Origin: an uncultured Trueperaceae bacterium
GTDB lineage: Bacteria; Deinococcota; Deinococci; Deinococcales; Trueperaceae
Length of the DNA: 64,000 bases
Reading direction: 5' to 3'
NCBI GenBank assembly: GCA_963727505.1
Contig: CAVSGP010000009.1
Span: 608,001 to 672,000 of the forward strand
Part shown: in pieces, positions 42,920-53,920 of the stretch
Layout of the letters: every line of letters starts with the position of its first letter
Position numbering within the stretch: the first letter of the stretch is position 1
The notes under the pieces: generated by a model
Seen by the model: only the letters and a program-made list of their open reading frames with translations
Databases searched by the model: none
Told to the model about the DNA's origin: nothing
Program-made: the position numbers and the translations under genes

Positions 42920-43753
42920 ATGCCAACCAAGAAATACAGACCGTACACGCCCTCCCGCCGGACGATGACGACTTCCGAGTTCGCCGACATCACGGTGCGC
43001 AAGCCGGAGAGGTCGCTGCTCGGGGGGAAGCCCAGGAAGGGCGGGCGCAACGCCCACGGGCGCGTCACGTCACGCTTCCGCGGCGGCGGCCACAAGCGGC
43101 GCTACCGCCAGATCGACTTCCGTCGACGCGACAAGGAGGGCGTGCCCGCCAAGGTTGCGACCGTCGAGTACGATCCCAACCGTAGCGCGCGCATCGCGCT
43201 GCTGCACTACCTCGACGGGGAGAAGCGCTACATCCTGGCCCCGGACCGCCTGGCGGTCGGCACGCGCATCGTGTGCGGGCCGGAGGCCGAGCCGGTGGTC
43301 GGTAACGCGCTGCCGCTCCGCTTCATCCCGGTCGGCGCGGTCGTGCACAACGTCGAGATGGTCCCCGGCAAGGGCGCGCAGCTCGCTCGCGCGGCCGGCA
43401 CCAGCGTGCAGATCCAGGGTCGTGACGGCAACTACGTCACCATCCGCCTGCCGTCTGGGGAGCTGCGCCGCATCCATGGCGAGTGCTACGCCACCGTCGG
43501 CTCCGTCGGCAACAGCGAACACAAGAACATCGTCATGGGCAAGGCGGGCCGCAAGCGCTGGCTTGGCCGCAAGCCGCACCAGCGCGGACGCGCCATGAAC
43601 CCGGTCGACCACCCTCATGGTGGCGGCGAGGGCCGTTCGACGGGCGGCCGGCCGCCCGTCAGCCCCTGGGGCCAACAGGCCAAGGGCCTGAAGACGCGCA
43701 ACAAGCGCAAGGTGTCGAGCCGGTTCATCGTGCGCCGTCGGAAGGGGAAGTAG
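42920..43753 (+). CDS. rplB: 50S ribosomal protein L2
   Basis: [21 protein letters not shown]. Confidence 0.98.
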   Translation: MPTKKYRPYTPSRRTMTTSEFADITVRKPERSLLGGKPRKGGRNAHGRVTSRFRGGGHKRRYRQIDFRRRDKEGVPAKVATVEYDPNRSARIALLHYLDGEKRYILAPDRLAVGTRIVCGPEAEPVVGNALPLRFIPVGAVVHNVEMVPGKGAQLARAAGTSVQIQGRDGNYVTIRLPSGELRRIHGECYATVGSVGNSEHKNIVMGKAGRKRWLGRKPHQRGRAMNPVDHPHGGGEGRSTGGRPPVSPWGQQAKGLKTRNKRKVSSRFIVRRRKGK

Positions 43754-43756
43754 ATC

Positions 43757-44026
43757 ATGGCTCGCAGTCTGAAGAAGGGCCCGTTCGTCGACGGACACCT
43801 GCTCAAGAAGATCGACACTGCCAACGCCTCGGGCGAACGCCGCGTCATCAAGACCTGGAGCCGGCGCAGCACCATCGTCCCCGAGATGGTCGGGCACACC
43901 ATCGGCGTCTACAACGGGCGCCAGCACGTGCCCGTGTTCGTCCAGGAGAACATGGTCGGGCACAAGCTCGGCGAGTTCTCTCCGACGCGCACGTTCCGCG
44001 GCCATAGCGGGAACAGGAAGGACTGA
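43757..44026 (+). CDS. rpsS: 30S ribosomal protein S19
   Basis: [15 protein letters not shown]. Confidence 0.98.
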   Translation: MARSLKKGPFVDGHLLKKIDTANASGERRVIKTWSRRSTIVPEMVGHTIGVYNGRQHVPVFVQENMVGHKLGEFSPTRTFRGHSGNRKD

Positions 44027-44028
44027 CG

Positions 44029-44370
44029 ATGCAGGCCAAGGCTTCCTTGCGCATGCTGCGCGTCACCCCTCAGAAGACGCGGCTCGTCGCGGACCTGATC
44101 CGCGGCCAGAACGTGACGCGCGCGGAGGACATCCTGCGCTACACCAACAAGCGTTCCGCGAAGCCGATCCTCAAGTTGCTGCAGAGCGCGCGGGCGAACG
44201 CCGTCAACAACCACGACATGTTCGAAGACAGCCTCTTCGTCAAAGAGATCCAGGTCGGGGACGGCCCCACGTTCAAGCGCTACCTGCCGCGGGCGCGTGG
44301 TCGGGCTGATCTCTTGCGGAAACGCACCTGCAACATCACGATCACGCTGGAGGAACGCAGTGGGCAATAA
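44029..44370 (+). CDS. rplV: 50S ribosomal protein L22
   Basis: PRARGRA; synteny. Confidence 0.98.
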   Translation: MQAKASLRMLRVTPQKTRLVADLIRGQNVTRAEDILRYTNKRSAKPILKLLQSARANAVNNHDMFEDSLFVKEIQVGDGPTFKRYLPRARGRADLLRKRTCNITITLEERSGQ

Positions 44371-45124
44371 GATCAATCCGATCGGCTTCCGGCTGGGCGT
44401 CAACAAGGAACCTTCCGCCCGCTGGTATGCCGATACCAAGAACTATCCGCGCCTCCTGACGGAGGACGAGAAGATCCGCAAGGCCATCTTCCAGGATGTC
44501 GGGCATGCCGGCATCTCTCGCATCGACATCGAGCGCGCCGCGCACAACATCAACATCACGATCCACACGGCCAAGCCGGGCGTTGTGATCGGGCGCGGCG
44601 GGGAGTCGATCAAGGCGCTCCGGGCGCGGCTCGACCGCACCATCCCGGGCACCATCGCCGTGAACGTGCAGGAAGTGCCCAATCCCAACACCAACGGTGC
44701 ACTGGTGGCCAAGCGCATCTCGGAGCAGCTGGAGCGTCGTTTCGCGTTCCGGCGGGCCATGAAGCAGGCGGTCCAGCGCACCATGGAATCGGGAGCGCAG
44801 GGCGTCAAGATCCGTTGCTCGGGGCGTCTGGGTGGCTCGGAGCAGTCCCGCGCGGAGTGGTACTCCGATGGACGTGTCCCGCTGCAGACGCTGCGGGCCG
44901 ACATCGACTACGGCACCGCCGAGGCGCGCACCACCTACGGCATCATCGGCGTGAAGGCCTGGGTGTTCCACGGCGAGATCGTCGGGCATAAGACCCGCCG
45001 CGCCGCGGTGCTCCCGCGTCCGCGCGAGGAGGACGACAAGCGCCGCCGTCGCCGTCCGCAGGCACGGCGTCGGGACGGCCCCAAGCGCGAGGGACGCGCC
45101 CGGGTCAAGAAGGAAAGGTCCTAG
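44360..45124 (+). CDS. rpsC: 30S ribosomal protein S3
   Basis: GNKINPIGFRLG, GRVPLQTLRADIDY. Confidence 0.98.
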   Translation: MGNKINPIGFRLGVNKEPSARWYADTKNYPRLLTEDEKIRKAIFQDVGHAGISRIDIERAAHNINITIHTAKPGVVIGRGGESIKALRARLDRTIPGTIAVNVQEVPNPNTNGALVAKRISEQLERRFAFRRAMKQAVQRTMESGAQGVKIRCSGRLGGSEQSRAEWYSDGRVPLQTLRADIDYGTAEARTTYGIIGVKAWVFHGEIVGHKTRRAAVLPRPREEDDKRRRRRPQARRRDGPKREGRARVKKERS

Positions 45125-45127
45125 ACC

Positions 45128-45553
45128 ATGCTGCTTCCCAAGCGCGTCAAGTACCGCAAGCAGATGCGTGGCCGCATGAGAGGCGCCACCAAGGGCGGCG
45201 ACTACGTCGCGTTTGGCGACTTCGCCCTGGTGGCGCTGGAGCCGGCCTGGATCAAGTCGAACCAGATCGAGGCCTGCCGCGTCACCATGAGCCGCTATTT
45301 CAAGCGCGGCGGCAAGATCTACATCCGCATCTTCCCGGACAAGCCCGTGACCAAGAAGCCACAGGAAGTCCGCATGGGGAAGGGAAAAGGCGCCGTGGAG
45401 TACTGGGTCTCGGTCGTCAAGCCGGGGCGCGTGCTCTTCGAGGTCGCCAACGTCACGGAGGAGCAGGCGAAGGAGGCTTTCCGCCTCGCCAGCCACAAGC
45501 TCCCCATCAAGGTCAAGATGGTCCACCGGGAGATCTACGATGAAGCCCAATGA
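45128..45553 (+). CDS. rplP: 50S ribosomal protein L16
   Basis: RMGKGKG. Confidence 0.98.
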   Translation: MLLPKRVKYRKQMRGRMRGATKGGDYVAFGDFALVALEPAWIKSNQIEACRVTMSRYFKRGGKIYIRIFPDKPVTKKPQEVRMGKGKGAVEYWVSVVKPGRVLFEVANVTEEQAKEAFRLASHKLPIKVKMVHREIYDEAQ

Positions 45554-45740
45554 GGTCCGCAACCTGACGTCGGACGAGGTCCACCTCGAGGTGGACAAGC
45601 TCCGCCAGGAGCTTCTCGACTTGCGGATCCAGGCGGCCGTGGGCCACGCCTCCAACCCGAGGCGCATCCGCACGGCGAAGCGGGAGATCGCCCGGCTGCT
45701 GACCATCGCCGGCGAGAAGGTCGAGGAGACGACGCGATGA
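45540..45740 (+). CDS. rpmC: 50S ribosomal protein L29
   Basis: REIARLLT; synteny. Confidence 0.95.
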   Translation: MKPNEVRNLTSDEVHLEVDKLRQELLDLRIQAAVGHASNPRRIRTAKREIARLLTIAGEKVEETTR

Positions 45741-45982
45741 AGAGAGCCATGCATGGGCGCGTCGTGAGCGACGGTGCCGACAAGACGGTGACGGTGGACG
45801 TGGAGCGGCGGCTCAAGCACCCGCTCTACGGCAAGGTCGTCACGCTGTCGAAGCGCTACCTCGCCCACGATGAGCGCAACGAGTACAAAGTGGGCGACGT
45901 GGTGGAGATCACCTCAAGTCGCCCGATCAGCAAGCGCAAGCGCTTCGTCGTGACGCGCCTGCTCGAGAAGGCCCGGGGCTAA
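45737..45982 (+). CDS. rpsQ: 30S ribosomal protein S17
   Basis: [15 protein letters not shown]. Confidence 0.97.
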   Translation: MKRAMHGRVVSDGADKTVTVDVERRLKHPLYGKVVTLSKRYLAHDERNEYKVGDVVEITSSRPISKRKRFVVTRLLEKARG

Positions 45983-46005
45983 GGGCAGGGCAGGAGCATT
46001 CCGTC

Positions 46006-46374
46006 ATGATCCAGCAGGAGACCTACCTCGATGTGGCCGACAATTCCGGCGCCCGGCGGATCCAGTGCATCCGGGTCCTGGGCACCGGTCAACAGTTCGT
46101 CGGCTCGGTCGGCGATGTGGTCGTGGCGGCCGTCAAGGACGCCATCCCCCACGCGCAGATCAAGAAGGGCGATGTGGTGAAGGCGGTCATCGTCAGGACC
46201 AAGAAGGAGATCAACCGCAAGGACGGCTCCTCCATCAGGTTCGACAGCAACGCCGCCGTCATCATCAACAACCTGAACGAGCCGCGCGGTACCCGCGTGT
46301 TCGGCCCCGTCGCCCGGGAGTTGCGCGAGAAGCGCTTCATGCGCATCGTCTCGCTCGCACCGGAGGTGCTGTAG
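46006..46374 (+). CDS. rplN: 50S ribosomal protein L14
   Basis: [15 protein letters not shown]. Confidence 0.98.
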   Translation: MIQQETYLDVADNSGARRIQCIRVLGTGQQFVGSVGDVVVAAVKDAIPHAQIKKGDVVKAVIVRTKKEINRKDGSSIRFDSNAAVIINNLNEPRGTRVFGPVARELREKRFMRIVSLAPEVL

Positions 46375-46375
46375 T

Positions 46376-46705
46376 ATGTCGAGGCCGAAGATCCGCATCC
46401 GCCGGGGCGACCAGGTCCGGGTGATCGCGGGCAAGCACAAGGGCGCTGAAGGCGAAGTCCTCACCGTCTTCCGTGACACCAATCGTGTGCTCGTGAAGAA
46501 CGTCAACGTCATCAAGAAGGCGCAGCGGCCGACGCAAGACAACCCGCGCGGCGGTTTCCTCGAGCAAGAAGCGCCCATCCACCTGAGCAACGTGCAGCTC
46601 CTCGACCCCCAGTCCGGCGAGCTCACGCGCGTGGGCTACGACGTCGACGAGAGCGGTCACAAGCACCGTGTCGCCCGCAAGTCCGGCGCCCGATTGGACG
46701 AATAG
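46376..46705 (+). CDS. rplX: 50S ribosomal protein L24
   Basis: [19 protein letters not shown]. Confidence 0.97.
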   Translation: MSRPKIRIRRGDQVRVIAGKHKGAEGEVLTVFRDTNRVLVKNVNVIKKAQRPTQDNPRGGFLEQEAPIHLSNVQLLDPQSGELTRVGYDVDESGHKHRVARKSGARLDE

Positions 46706-46712
46706 GAAGAGC

Positions 46713-47261
46713 ATGGAGAAGGTAACGTTACCCATCAAGGAACGCTACGAGCAGGTCAAGAGCCAGCTCGTCGAGCGCCACGGCTACAGCAATCCCATGG
46801 CCGTCCCGCGGGTCGAGAAGATCGTCATCAACATGGGGTTGGGTGAGGCCCGGGAGGACTCGAAGGTCCTCGAGCGTGCCTCCAGGGATCTGGCGCAGAT
46901 CGCGTTGCAGCGCCCGGTCGTGACCAAGGCCAAGAAGTCGGTGTCGAACTTCAAGGTGCGCGCCGGCATGGCGATCGGTCTCAAGGTGACGCTGCGCGGG
47001 ACGCGCATGTGGGCGTTCCTCGATAAGCTGATCAATGTCGCTCTGCCCAGGGTGCGGGATTTCCGCGGCATCAGCGCCAACAGCTTCGACGGTCGGGGCA
47101 ACTACAGCCTCGGGGTCCGGGAGCAGCTGGTGTTCCCTGAGATCAACTACGACCAGGTCGATGCCACCCGAGGCATGGATATCACCATCGTGACGACGGC
47201 GGAGAGCGACGAGGAAGCGCGCAGCTTGCTCGAGTTCCTCGGCATGCCGTTCAGGAAGTAG
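46713..47261 (+). CDS. rplE: 50S ribosomal protein L5
   Basis: [16 protein letters not shown]. Confidence 0.98.
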   Translation: MEKVTLPIKERYEQVKSQLVERHGYSNPMAVPRVEKIVINMGLGEAREDSKVLERASRDLAQIALQRPVVTKAKKSVSNFKVRAGMAIGLKVTLRGTRMWAFLDKLINVALPRVRDFRGISANSFDGRGNYSLGVREQLVFPEINYDQVDATRGMDITIVTTAESDEEARSLLEFLGMPFRK

Positions 47262-47270
47262 GGAGGACAC

Positions 47271-47456
47271 GTGGCAACGAAAGCCCAGATCGCCAAGTCC
47301 AATCGCAAGCCCAAGTACGAGGCCCGGCACGTCAACCGCTGCAGCCGCTGCGGGCGCTCGCGTGCGTACCTGCGCGACTTCGGCCTGTGCCGCATCTGCG
47401 TCCGGGAGATGGCGCACAAGGGCTACCTGCCCGGAGTCGTCAAGGCCAGCTGGTGA
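47271..47456 (+). CDS. rpsZ: 30S ribosomal protein S14, short Zn-binding type
   Basis: CSRC...CRIC, 61 aa. Confidence 0.96.
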   Translation: MATKAQIAKSNRKPKYEARHVNRCSRCGRSRAYLRDFGLCRICVREMAHKGYLPGVVKASW

Positions 47457-47545
47457 TTCGCGGCGCAACAAGCGAGAAGCGTTACTAGCGGGGCAAAGGT
47501 CAACGCGCTTTGCGTTGAAACCGGCCCCAGGAGGACCCACAAACG

Positions 47546-47941
47546 ATGCAAACGGATCCCATTGCTGACATGCTCACCCGCATTCGGAACGCCCAGGCCG
47601 TTCACATGGCCAGCGTCGACGTTCCGGCGAGCAAGTTCAAGAAGTCCCTGGCGGACGTACTGGTCCGCGAAGGTTACCTGAAGTCGGTCGAGGAGACCGA
47701 GGTCGGCGGCCACCCCGTGCTGAAGATCGCGTTGAAGTACGGTCCCAGGCGCGCGCCCGTCATCCACCAGATCACCCGCGTTTCCACGCCCGGGCGTCGT
47801 GCCTACGCCAAAGGGAAGCACGTCCCGGTGGTGCGCGGTGGTCTCGGCGTGGCGGTCGTGTCGACCTCCCACGGCCTCATGATCGACTCGGAGGCACGCC
47901 GCAAGAACGTCGGCGGCGAGATCGTCTGCGAGGTGTGGTGA
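47546..47941 (+). CDS. rpsH: 30S ribosomal protein S8
   Basis: DPIADMLTRIRN. Confidence 0.98.
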   Translation: MQTDPIADMLTRIRNAQAVHMASVDVPASKFKKSLADVLVREGYLKSVEETEVGGHPVLKIALKYGPRRAPVIHQITRVSTPGRRAYAKGKHVPVVRGGLGVAVVSTSHGLMIDSEARRKNVGGEIVCEVW

Positions 47942-47942
47942 G

Positions 47943-48482
47943 ATGTCCCGCGTAGGTCGCGCGCCGATCACGCTCCCGAAGGGCGTCGAGCTGCAGGTGG
48001 CGGAGAACACGGTGAATGTGAAGGGCCCCATGGGTGCCCTTTCCGTCGATATCAGCCCACGCATCTCCGTGAAGATCGAGGATGGCGTCGTCACCATGGA
48101 ACGGCCCACGGACCATCGCAACGACCGCGCGCAGCACGGGCTGGCGCGCAGCCTGGTGGCCAATGCCGTCGCCGGCGTGTCGGGTGGCTTCCAGAAGAAC
48201 CTGGAGATCCAGGGCGTCGGCTTCCGTTGCCAGATGAAGGGCAGCGCGCTCGAGCTCACCGTGGGGTACTCCCACGCCGTGGTCATCACGCCGCCGGAGG
48301 GGGTCACCATCCAGGCGCCCGAAGCGACGAAGATCTCGGTGAGCGGCATCGACAAGCAGTTGGTGGGCCAGGTGGCTGCCAACATCCGCGCGGTCCGGCC
48401 GCCCGACCATTACCACGGCAAGGGCGTCCGGTACGCAGGCGAACAGGTACGGCTCAAGGCCGGCAAGGCGGCAGCCCGCTAG
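47943..48482 (+). CDS. rplF: 50S ribosomal protein L6
   Basis: SRVGR, YHGKGVRY. Confidence 0.98.
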   Translation: MSRVGRAPITLPKGVELQVAENTVNVKGPMGALSVDISPRISVKIEDGVVTMERPTDHRNDRAQHGLARSLVANAVAGVSGGFQKNLEIQGVGFRCQMKGSALELTVGYSHAVVITPPEGVTIQAPEATKISVSGIDKQLVGQVAANIRAVRPPDHYHGKGVRYAGEQVRLKAGKAAAR

Positions 48483-48509
48483 CCGGCGGCTGCAACGAGG
48501 TAGCGCATC

Positions 48510-48857
48510 ATGAATGGACTGACACGTACGCAGCGCCGCACCTTCCGGACCCGTCGAAGCATCCGGCGTCCGGTCGACACGGGGAGGCTCCGCCTCTCGG
48601 TGTTCCGCAGTGCGCGCCATATCTACGCTCAGGTGATCGACGATCGCCGCGGCGTTACGGTGGCCGAGGCCAACAGCAAGGCCCTCGCGCCGAAGGGAAA
48701 CAAGACCGATCACGCCAAGGCCGTTGGGCAGGAACTCGCCAAGCGAGCCCAGGCCGCCGGCGTCAAGCGGGTCGTTTTCGACCGAGGTCCCTACCGGTAC
48801 CACGGTCGCGTCAAGGCGCTCGCCGACGGCGCGCGCGAGGGGGGCCTGGAGTTCTGA
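48510..48857 (+). CDS. rplR: 50S ribosomal protein L18
   Basis: VFDRG.YRYHGRV. Confidence 0.98.
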   Translation: MNGLTRTQRRTFRTRRSIRRPVDTGRLRLSVFRSARHIYAQVIDDRRGVTVAEANSKALAPKGNKTDHAKAVGQELAKRAQAAGVKRVVFDRGPYRYHGRVKALADGAREGGLEF

Positions 48858-48901
48858 TGGCCGTCCTGAAGCTTCGCTACCAGAAAGGCCACGTGTCCTG
48901 A
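48857..48901 (+). other. 14-codon ORF ([14 protein letters not shown]) overlapping the rplR stop and the rpsE start
   Basis: TGATG overlaps at both ends. Confidence 0.45.
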
Positions 48902-49374
48902 TGGCAGATTCCGACTTCGAAGACAAGGTCATCTTCATCCGCCGTACGGCGAAGACGTACAAGGGCGGCCGGCGCTTCCGCTTCGGCGCCATGGTGGTCA
49001 TAGGCGACCGCCATGGACGCGTGGGCGTGGGCCTGGGCAAGGCCAAGGAGGTGCCGCTGGCGGTCCAGAAGGGCCAGTATGTTGCGCGGCGCAACCTGGT
49101 GGACGTGCCCATCGAGGAACCCGGCACCATCCCGCACGAGGTGCTCGGCGAGCACGGCACCAGCCGCGTCATGCTCAAGCCTGCTGGAGCGGGCACGGGC
49201 GTTATCGCCGGCAGCGTGCCGCGCGCCATCGTGGAGTTGGCGGGCTACAGCAACCTGCTCACCAAGGAGCTCGGCTCGCGCAACCAGACCAACGTCGCGT
49301 ATGCGGTGATGCAAGGACTCAAGCAGCTCAAGACCTTCAGCGAGTCGAAGGCCGAGCGGGAGGCCGCGGAATGA
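48901..49374 (+). CDS. rpsE: 30S ribosomal protein S5
   Basis: [22 protein letters not shown]. Confidence 0.97.
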   Translation: MADSDFEDKVIFIRRTAKTYKGGRRFRFGAMVVIGDRHGRVGVGLGKAKEVPLAVQKGQYVARRNLVDVPIEEPGTIPHEVLGEHGTSRVMLKPAGAGTGVIAGSVPRAIVELAGYSNLLTKELGSRNQTNVAYAVMQGLKQLKTFSESKAEREAAE

Positions 49375-49550
49375 AACTCCGGCTGAGACGCAGCCTCATC
49401 GGCGTGCCGAAAGACCAGCGCGCGACGGTGCGTGCGCTCGGCCTGCGCAAGGTCGGTGACAGCCGTGACGTCGTCGACAACCTGAGCGTGCGCGGCATGG
49501 TCGACAAGGTCGCCTACTTGCTCGATATCGAAGGGCGGGAGCACAAGTGA
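49371..49550 (+). CDS. rpmD: 50S ribosomal protein L30 (missing from ORF track)
   Basis: Hand translation [11 protein letters not shown]...ALGLRK...RGMVDKV, 59 aa. Confidence 0.95.
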   Translation: MKLRLRRSLIGVPKDQRATVRALGLRKVGDSRDVVDNLSVRGMVDKVAYLLDIEGREHK

Positions 49551-50026
49551 AGCTCAACGAACTCAAGCCTGCGCGTGGCTCCAAGAAGCAACGCCGCCGC
49601 GTGGGACGGGGCCTGGGGAGCGGCCGAGGCAAGACTGCGGGCCGCGGACAGAAGGGGCAGAAGAGCCGCAGCGGGTTCAGTGGCGGCGCCGGCTGGGAAG
49701 GCGGACGCTCCAGGCTCATCATGCGGCTTCCGAAGCGCGGCTTCACGCGCCAGCGGGACCTCTACCAGATCGTCAACCTGTCGGCCCTCAACGCCTTCTC
49801 CGAAGGAGATCGGGTCGACGGCGAGAGCCTCAAGGCGCGGGGGCTGGTGCGCAAGGCCGATCGTCCCATCAAGCTGCTCGGAGACGGCGAGCTGGAAGTC
49901 AAGAAGTTGACCGTGGAAGTGGAAGCCGTTTCGCGTGCGGCCGCTGAGGCCGTGACCGCCGCCGGCGGAAGCGTCACAGCCCGTGATGTGCCTGGCCCCG
50001 CCGCAGACGCGGCCGAGGAGAGCTAG
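49547..50026 (+). CDS. rplO: 50S ribosomal protein L15
   Basis: GRGQKGQKSRSG, RLPKRGF. Confidence 0.98.
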   Translation: MKLNELKPARGSKKQRRRVGRGLGSGRGKTAGRGQKGQKSRSGFSGGAGWEGGRSRLIMRLPKRGFTRQRDLYQIVNLSALNAFSEGDRVDGESLKARGLVRKADRPIKLLGDGELEVKKLTVEVEAVSRAAAEAVTAAGGSVTARDVPGPAADAAEES

Positions 50027-50028
50027 GG

Positions 50029-51348
50029 ATGCTCCAGGCTTTTCGCAATGCGATGGTCATTGCGGACCTGCGCGCCAAGCTGCTCGTCACCATCGGGCTG
50101 CTCACGGTGTACCGGCTGCTCGTGTTCATCCCGACCCCCGGGATCGACATCGCCAGGCTCAAGGCCGGCGGTTTCGGCCAGGGGTCGATCTTCGGCCTGC
50201 TCAACTTCATCTCGGGCGGTAACTTCAAGGTCTTCTCGATCGCTGCGCTCGGGGTCATCCCCTACATCACGGCGAGCATCATCATCCAGCTGTTGCAGTC
50301 GACCTACCCGCCGCTCGAGAAGCTGAGCAAGGAGGGTGAGGAAGGCCGGCGCAAGATCACGCAGTACACCCGCTACGGCGCGACCGCGCTGGGTGCGGTC
50401 CAGGCTCTGTTCCTGGCCATCGCCCTGCTCGGGCCGAGCGGCTCGCTGCGCATCGGCTGGGCCAACGGGCCGTTCTTCTGGTTCGTCGTGCTGGTCACGC
50501 AGGTCGCCGGCATCTCGGTGGTGATGTGGCTCGGTGAGAAGATCACCGAGTATGGCGTTGGGAACGGGATCTCACTGATCATCTACGCGGGCATCGTGGC
50601 CGCCTTCCCGAACGCCCTGGCGCAAGAGTTCGCGCTCATCGGCAAGGGGCAGGCGAACGTGTTCGGGTTGATCTTCTACCTCGCGCTGCTCATCGTGGCG
50701 ATCGCGGGGATGGTGCTCGTCCAGCAGGCCGAGAGGCGCATCCCCGTGCAGTATGCGCGCAAGGTGGTGGGCCGGAAGGTGATGGGCGGCCAGACCACCT
50801 ACATCCCGCTCCGGCTCAACGCCGCGGGCGTGATCCCCATCATCTTCGCTGTCGCCATCCTGATCCTGCCGCAGACGATCATCGGGGCCTTCCCCAACAC
50901 CGTCTGGCTGCAGGCCATCGGTTCCTGGTTCAACCCGTCGCACTGGCAGGGGCTCACCCTGAGCACGCTGCTGATCGTCGGGTTCACCTACTTCTACACG
51001 CAGATCACCTTCGACCCGCGGCGTATCAGTGACAACCTGCGCGAGTACGGGGGCTTCGTGCCGGGAGTCCGGCCCGGGCAACCGACCACCGACCACCTCA
51101 CCCGCATCACCAATCGCATCACGCTCTGGGGAGCGCTCTTCCTCGGTGCGGTCAATGCGCTTCCCCAGATGTTCGCCTGGCTCACGGGCACGGGCCAGCT
51201 CTCGTTCGTGTTCTCCGGCACCGGCCTGTTGATCATGGTCGGCGTCGCGCTCGACACGCTGCGGCAGCTCGAGTCGCAGTTGATGATGCGGCACTACGAG
51301 GGCTTCGTGAGCAAGGGCCGCATCCGCGGGCGCGGGAGGCGCTTCTAG
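50029..51348 (+). CDS. secY: preprotein translocase SecY
   Basis: LGVIPYITASII, GVIPIIFA, PGVRPG. Confidence 0.98.
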   Translation: MLQAFRNAMVIADLRAKLLVTIGLLTVYRLLVFIPTPGIDIARLKAGGFGQGSIFGLLNFISGGNFKVFSIAALGVIPYITASIIIQLLQSTYPPLEKLSKEGEEGRRKITQYTRYGATALGAVQALFLAIALLGPSGSLRIGWANGPFFWFVVLVTQVAGISVVMWLGEKITEYGVGNGISLIIYAGIVAAFPNALAQEFALIGKGQANVFGLIFYLALLIVAIAGMVLVQQAERRIPVQYARKVVGRKVMGGQTTYIPLRLNAAGVIPIIFAVAILILPQTIIGAFPNTVWLQAIGSWFNPSHWQGLTLSTLLIVGFTYFYTQITFDPRRISDNLREYGGFVPGVRPGQPTTDHLTRITNRITLWGALFLGAVNALPQMFAWLTGTGQLSFVFSGTGLLIMVGVALDTLRQLESQLMMRHYEGFVSKGRIRGRGRRF

Positions 51349-51930
51349 GTGCCTGCCGAAGCGTCCAAGGCCGAGGTCGTGCTGTTGATGGGCCCCCCGG
51401 GTGCGGGGAAGGGCACGCAGGCGGCGAAGCTGGCCGAGGCGCGGGACCTTCGTAAGCTCTCCACCGGGGACATGCTCCGCTCCCACGTGGCGCGGGCCAC
51501 CGAGCTCGGCCAGCAGGCGAAGCACATCATGGAAGCCGGGGAACTCGTTCCCGACGACCTGATCATCGCCATGGTGGAGTCCGAAGTCGACGCCATGCGC
51601 CCCGTGCGCGCGCTGTTCGACGGCTTCCCTCGCACGCCGGGGCAGGCGCAGGCGCTCGACGAGCTGTTGGCCAAGGAGGGCGCCTCGCTCACCGCAGCGG
51701 TCGCACTGCTGGTCGATGAGGACGAGCTGGTCAAGCGCCTGAGCGGCCGCGCCATCGAGGAGGGTCGCCCGGACGACAACGAAACGACCGTCCGCAACCG
51801 CATGGAGGTCTATCGGCGCCAGACGCAGCCGTTGCTCGACTACTACTCGGAGCGCGGCAAGCTGCACCGGGTCGACGGCATGGGTTCGATGGACGAAGTC
51901 TTCGAGCGCATCGACGAGGTCCTTCCGTGA
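51349..51930 (+). CDS. adk: adenylate kinase (short LID)
   Basis: GPPGAGKGTQA, DGFPR. Confidence 0.97.
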   Translation: MPAEASKAEVVLLMGPPGAGKGTQAAKLAEARDLRKLSTGDMLRSHVARATELGQQAKHIMEAGELVPDDLIIAMVESEVDAMRPVRALFDGFPRTPGQAQALDELLAKEGASLTAAVALLVDEDELVKRLSGRAIEEGRPDDNETTVRNRMEVYRRQTQPLLDYYSERGKLHRVDGMGSMDEVFERIDEVLP

Positions 51931-52700
51931 TCCTCAAGCGGGCCAGCGAGGTCGATATCATGGCCGAAGCCGGCGTCATCAACCGTGAGGCGCTCGCGGC
52001 GGTGGCGGCTGCGGTGCGGCCGGGTATGTCGACCCTCGAGTTGAACGCCATCGCCGAAGATGCTATCCTCTCGCGTGGTGGGAAGCCCGCCTTCAAGGGC
52101 TATCGCGGCTTCCCTGCGACACTGTGTACCTCCGTCAACGAAGTGGTCGTCCACGGGATTCCGGACGGCGTTCGTGTGGTGGAGGGTGACATCGTGTCGA
52201 TCGACATCGGGACCTTCTACCGGGGGTATGCCGCCGACATGGCCAGCACGTTCGCTGTCGGCACGATCTCCGCTGAGGCCCGGCGCCTTCTCGAGACCAC
52301 CGAGCGGTCGTTGACCGCCGGGATCGAGGCTGCGCTGGCAGGCAACCGGCTGGGCGACGTTTCCGCGGCCATTCAGGGCGTCGTCGAGGCCGAAGGGTTC
52401 TGGGTGATCCGGGAGTTCGTGGGGCACGGCATCGGCCGTGAGTTCCACGAGGGCCCCGAGGTCCCCAACTATGGGCGTGCCGGCACGGGACCCGTGCTCC
52501 GTCCGGGCCTTGTTCTCGCGATCGAGCCGATGGTCTCGCTGAAGCGGACCACGGTGAGCATCGCGGACGACGGCTGGACGGCTTCCACCGCAGACGGGAG
52601 CCTGGCGGCACACTTCGAACACACGGTGGCCATCACCGAAGAGGGGCCGCGCGTGTTGACAGGAACGACAGGCACCGGAGGAGGTGTGCATGGCGCGTAG
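51927..52700 (+). CDS. map: methionine aminopeptidase
   Basis: VVHGIP, GHGIG, AIEPM, AHFEHT. Confidence 0.97.
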   Translation: MILKRASEVDIMAEAGVINREALAAVAAAVRPGMSTLELNAIAEDAILSRGGKPAFKGYRGFPATLCTSVNEVVVHGIPDGVRVVEGDIVSIDIGTFYRGYAADMASTFAVGTISAEARRLLETTERSLTAGIEAALAGNRLGDVSAAIQGVVEAEGFWVIREFVGHGIGREFHEGPEVPNYGRAGTGPVLRPGLVLAIEPMVSLKRTTVSIADDGWTASTADGSLAAHFEHTVAITEEGPRVLTGTTGTGGGVHGA

Positions 52701-52980
52701 GCGATCAGGAGGCCGGCCAGGAAGGCGCGGCGGCAGAGGAAAGCCGCGTACTCCGCGCGAAGAGGAAACGACGCAGGACAGCATCCGCACCGAGGGGGTG
52801 GTGCTTGAGGCTCGTCCGAACACGACGTTCCTCGTCCAGCTGGATGCCGGACCCGAGATCCTTGCCCACGTTGGGGGCAAGATGCGCCGTCACTACATCC
52901 GCATCCTCCCAGGCGACCGTGTCGTGGTGGAGATCAGCACGTACGACCCCGAAAAGGGTCGCATCGTCTATCGGAAATAA
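52690..52980 (+). CDS. infA: translation initiation factor IF-1 with basic N-terminal extension
   Basis: [16 protein letters not shown]. Confidence 0.96.
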   Translation: MARRRSGGRPGRRGGRGKPRTPREEETTQDSIRTEGVVLEARPNTTFLVQLDAGPEILAHVGGKMRRHYIRILPGDRVVVEISTYDPEKGRIVYRK

Positions 52981-52992
52981 CAGGAGTTGAGC

Positions 52993-53109
52993 ATGAAAGT
53001 CCGGGCTTCCGTGAAACCCATGTGTGACAAGTGCAAGGTGATCCGCCGGCACGGCAAGGTCTACGTCATCTGCTCTTCGAACCCGAAGCACAAGCAAAGG
53101 CAGGGGTGA
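52993..53109 (+). CDS. rpmJ: 50S ribosomal protein L36 (missing from ORF track)
   Basis: [38 protein letters not shown]. Confidence 0.97.
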   Translation: MKVRASVKPMCDKCKVIRRHGKVYVICSSNPKHKQRQG

Positions 53110-53112
53110 GGC

Positions 53113-53493
53113 ATGGCACGTATCGCTGGCATCGACTTGCCGCGTGAGAAGCGCATCGAGGCGGCGCTGCCGTACATCTACGGCATCGGCGCCAGCCGCT
53201 CGCGCGACATCCTACAGGCCGTCGGCGTCGAGCCCGACACGCGCGTCAAGGACCTCACCGAGGCCGAAGTCGGCCGTCTGCGTGAGGTCGTCGACCGCAC
53301 CTACAAGGTCGAGGGCGACCTGCGCCGCGAGGTGCAGCTCAACATCAAGCGGTTGATGGATATCGGTTGCTACCGGGGCCTGCGGCACCGCCGCGGTCTG
53401 CCGGTCCGAGGCCAGTCGACCAAGACCAACGCCCGCACCCGCAAGGGCCCGCGGCGCACGGTGGCCGGCAAGAAGCGGGCGCCGAGGAAGTAA
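53113..53493 (+). CDS. rpsM: 30S ribosomal protein S13
   Basis: [15 protein letters not shown]. Confidence 0.98.
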   Translation: MARIAGIDLPREKRIEAALPYIYGIGASRSRDILQAVGVEPDTRVKDLTEAEVGRLREVVDRTYKVEGDLRREVQLNIKRLMDIGCYRGLRHRRGLPVRGQSTKTNARTRKGPRRTVAGKKRAPRK

Positions 53494-53503
53494 GGGGTAG
53501 AAC

Positions 53504-53896
53504 GTGGCCAAAGCGACCAAGTCCAGGACCAAGCGTCGCGTCAGGCGCAGCCTGACCGAAGGCAAGGCGTTCATCCACGCCAGCTACAACAACACCATCG
53601 TCACCATCACCGACATGGACGGCAACACCGTCACGTGGTCGTCGTCGGGATCGATCGGCTACAAGGGCTCGAAGAAGGGCACCCCGTACGCCGCGCAGCT
53701 CGCCGCTGCGGACGCCACCCGCAAGGCGCAGAACATGGGCGTCTCGCAGCTCGACATCATCATCCGGGGCACCGGCTCCGGGCGCGAGCAGGCGATCCGC
53801 TCCATCCAGTCCACCGGGGTGAACGTGCGCACCATCATCGACGACACCCCGTCCCCCCACAACGGCTGCCGTCCGCGCAAGCGGAAGCGCATGTGA
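53504..53896 (+). CDS. rpsK: 30S ribosomal protein S11
   Basis: NNTIVTITD, PHNGCRP. Confidence 0.98.
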   Translation: MAKATKSRTKRRVRRSLTEGKAFIHASYNNTIVTITDMDGNTVTWSSSGSIGYKGSKKGTPYAAQLAAADATRKAQNMGVSQLDIIIRGTGSGREQAIRSIQSTGVNVRTIIDDTPSPHNGCRPRKRKRM

Positions 53897-53920
53897 GCGC
53901 AGTGGAGAGCTAGGAGAGCC

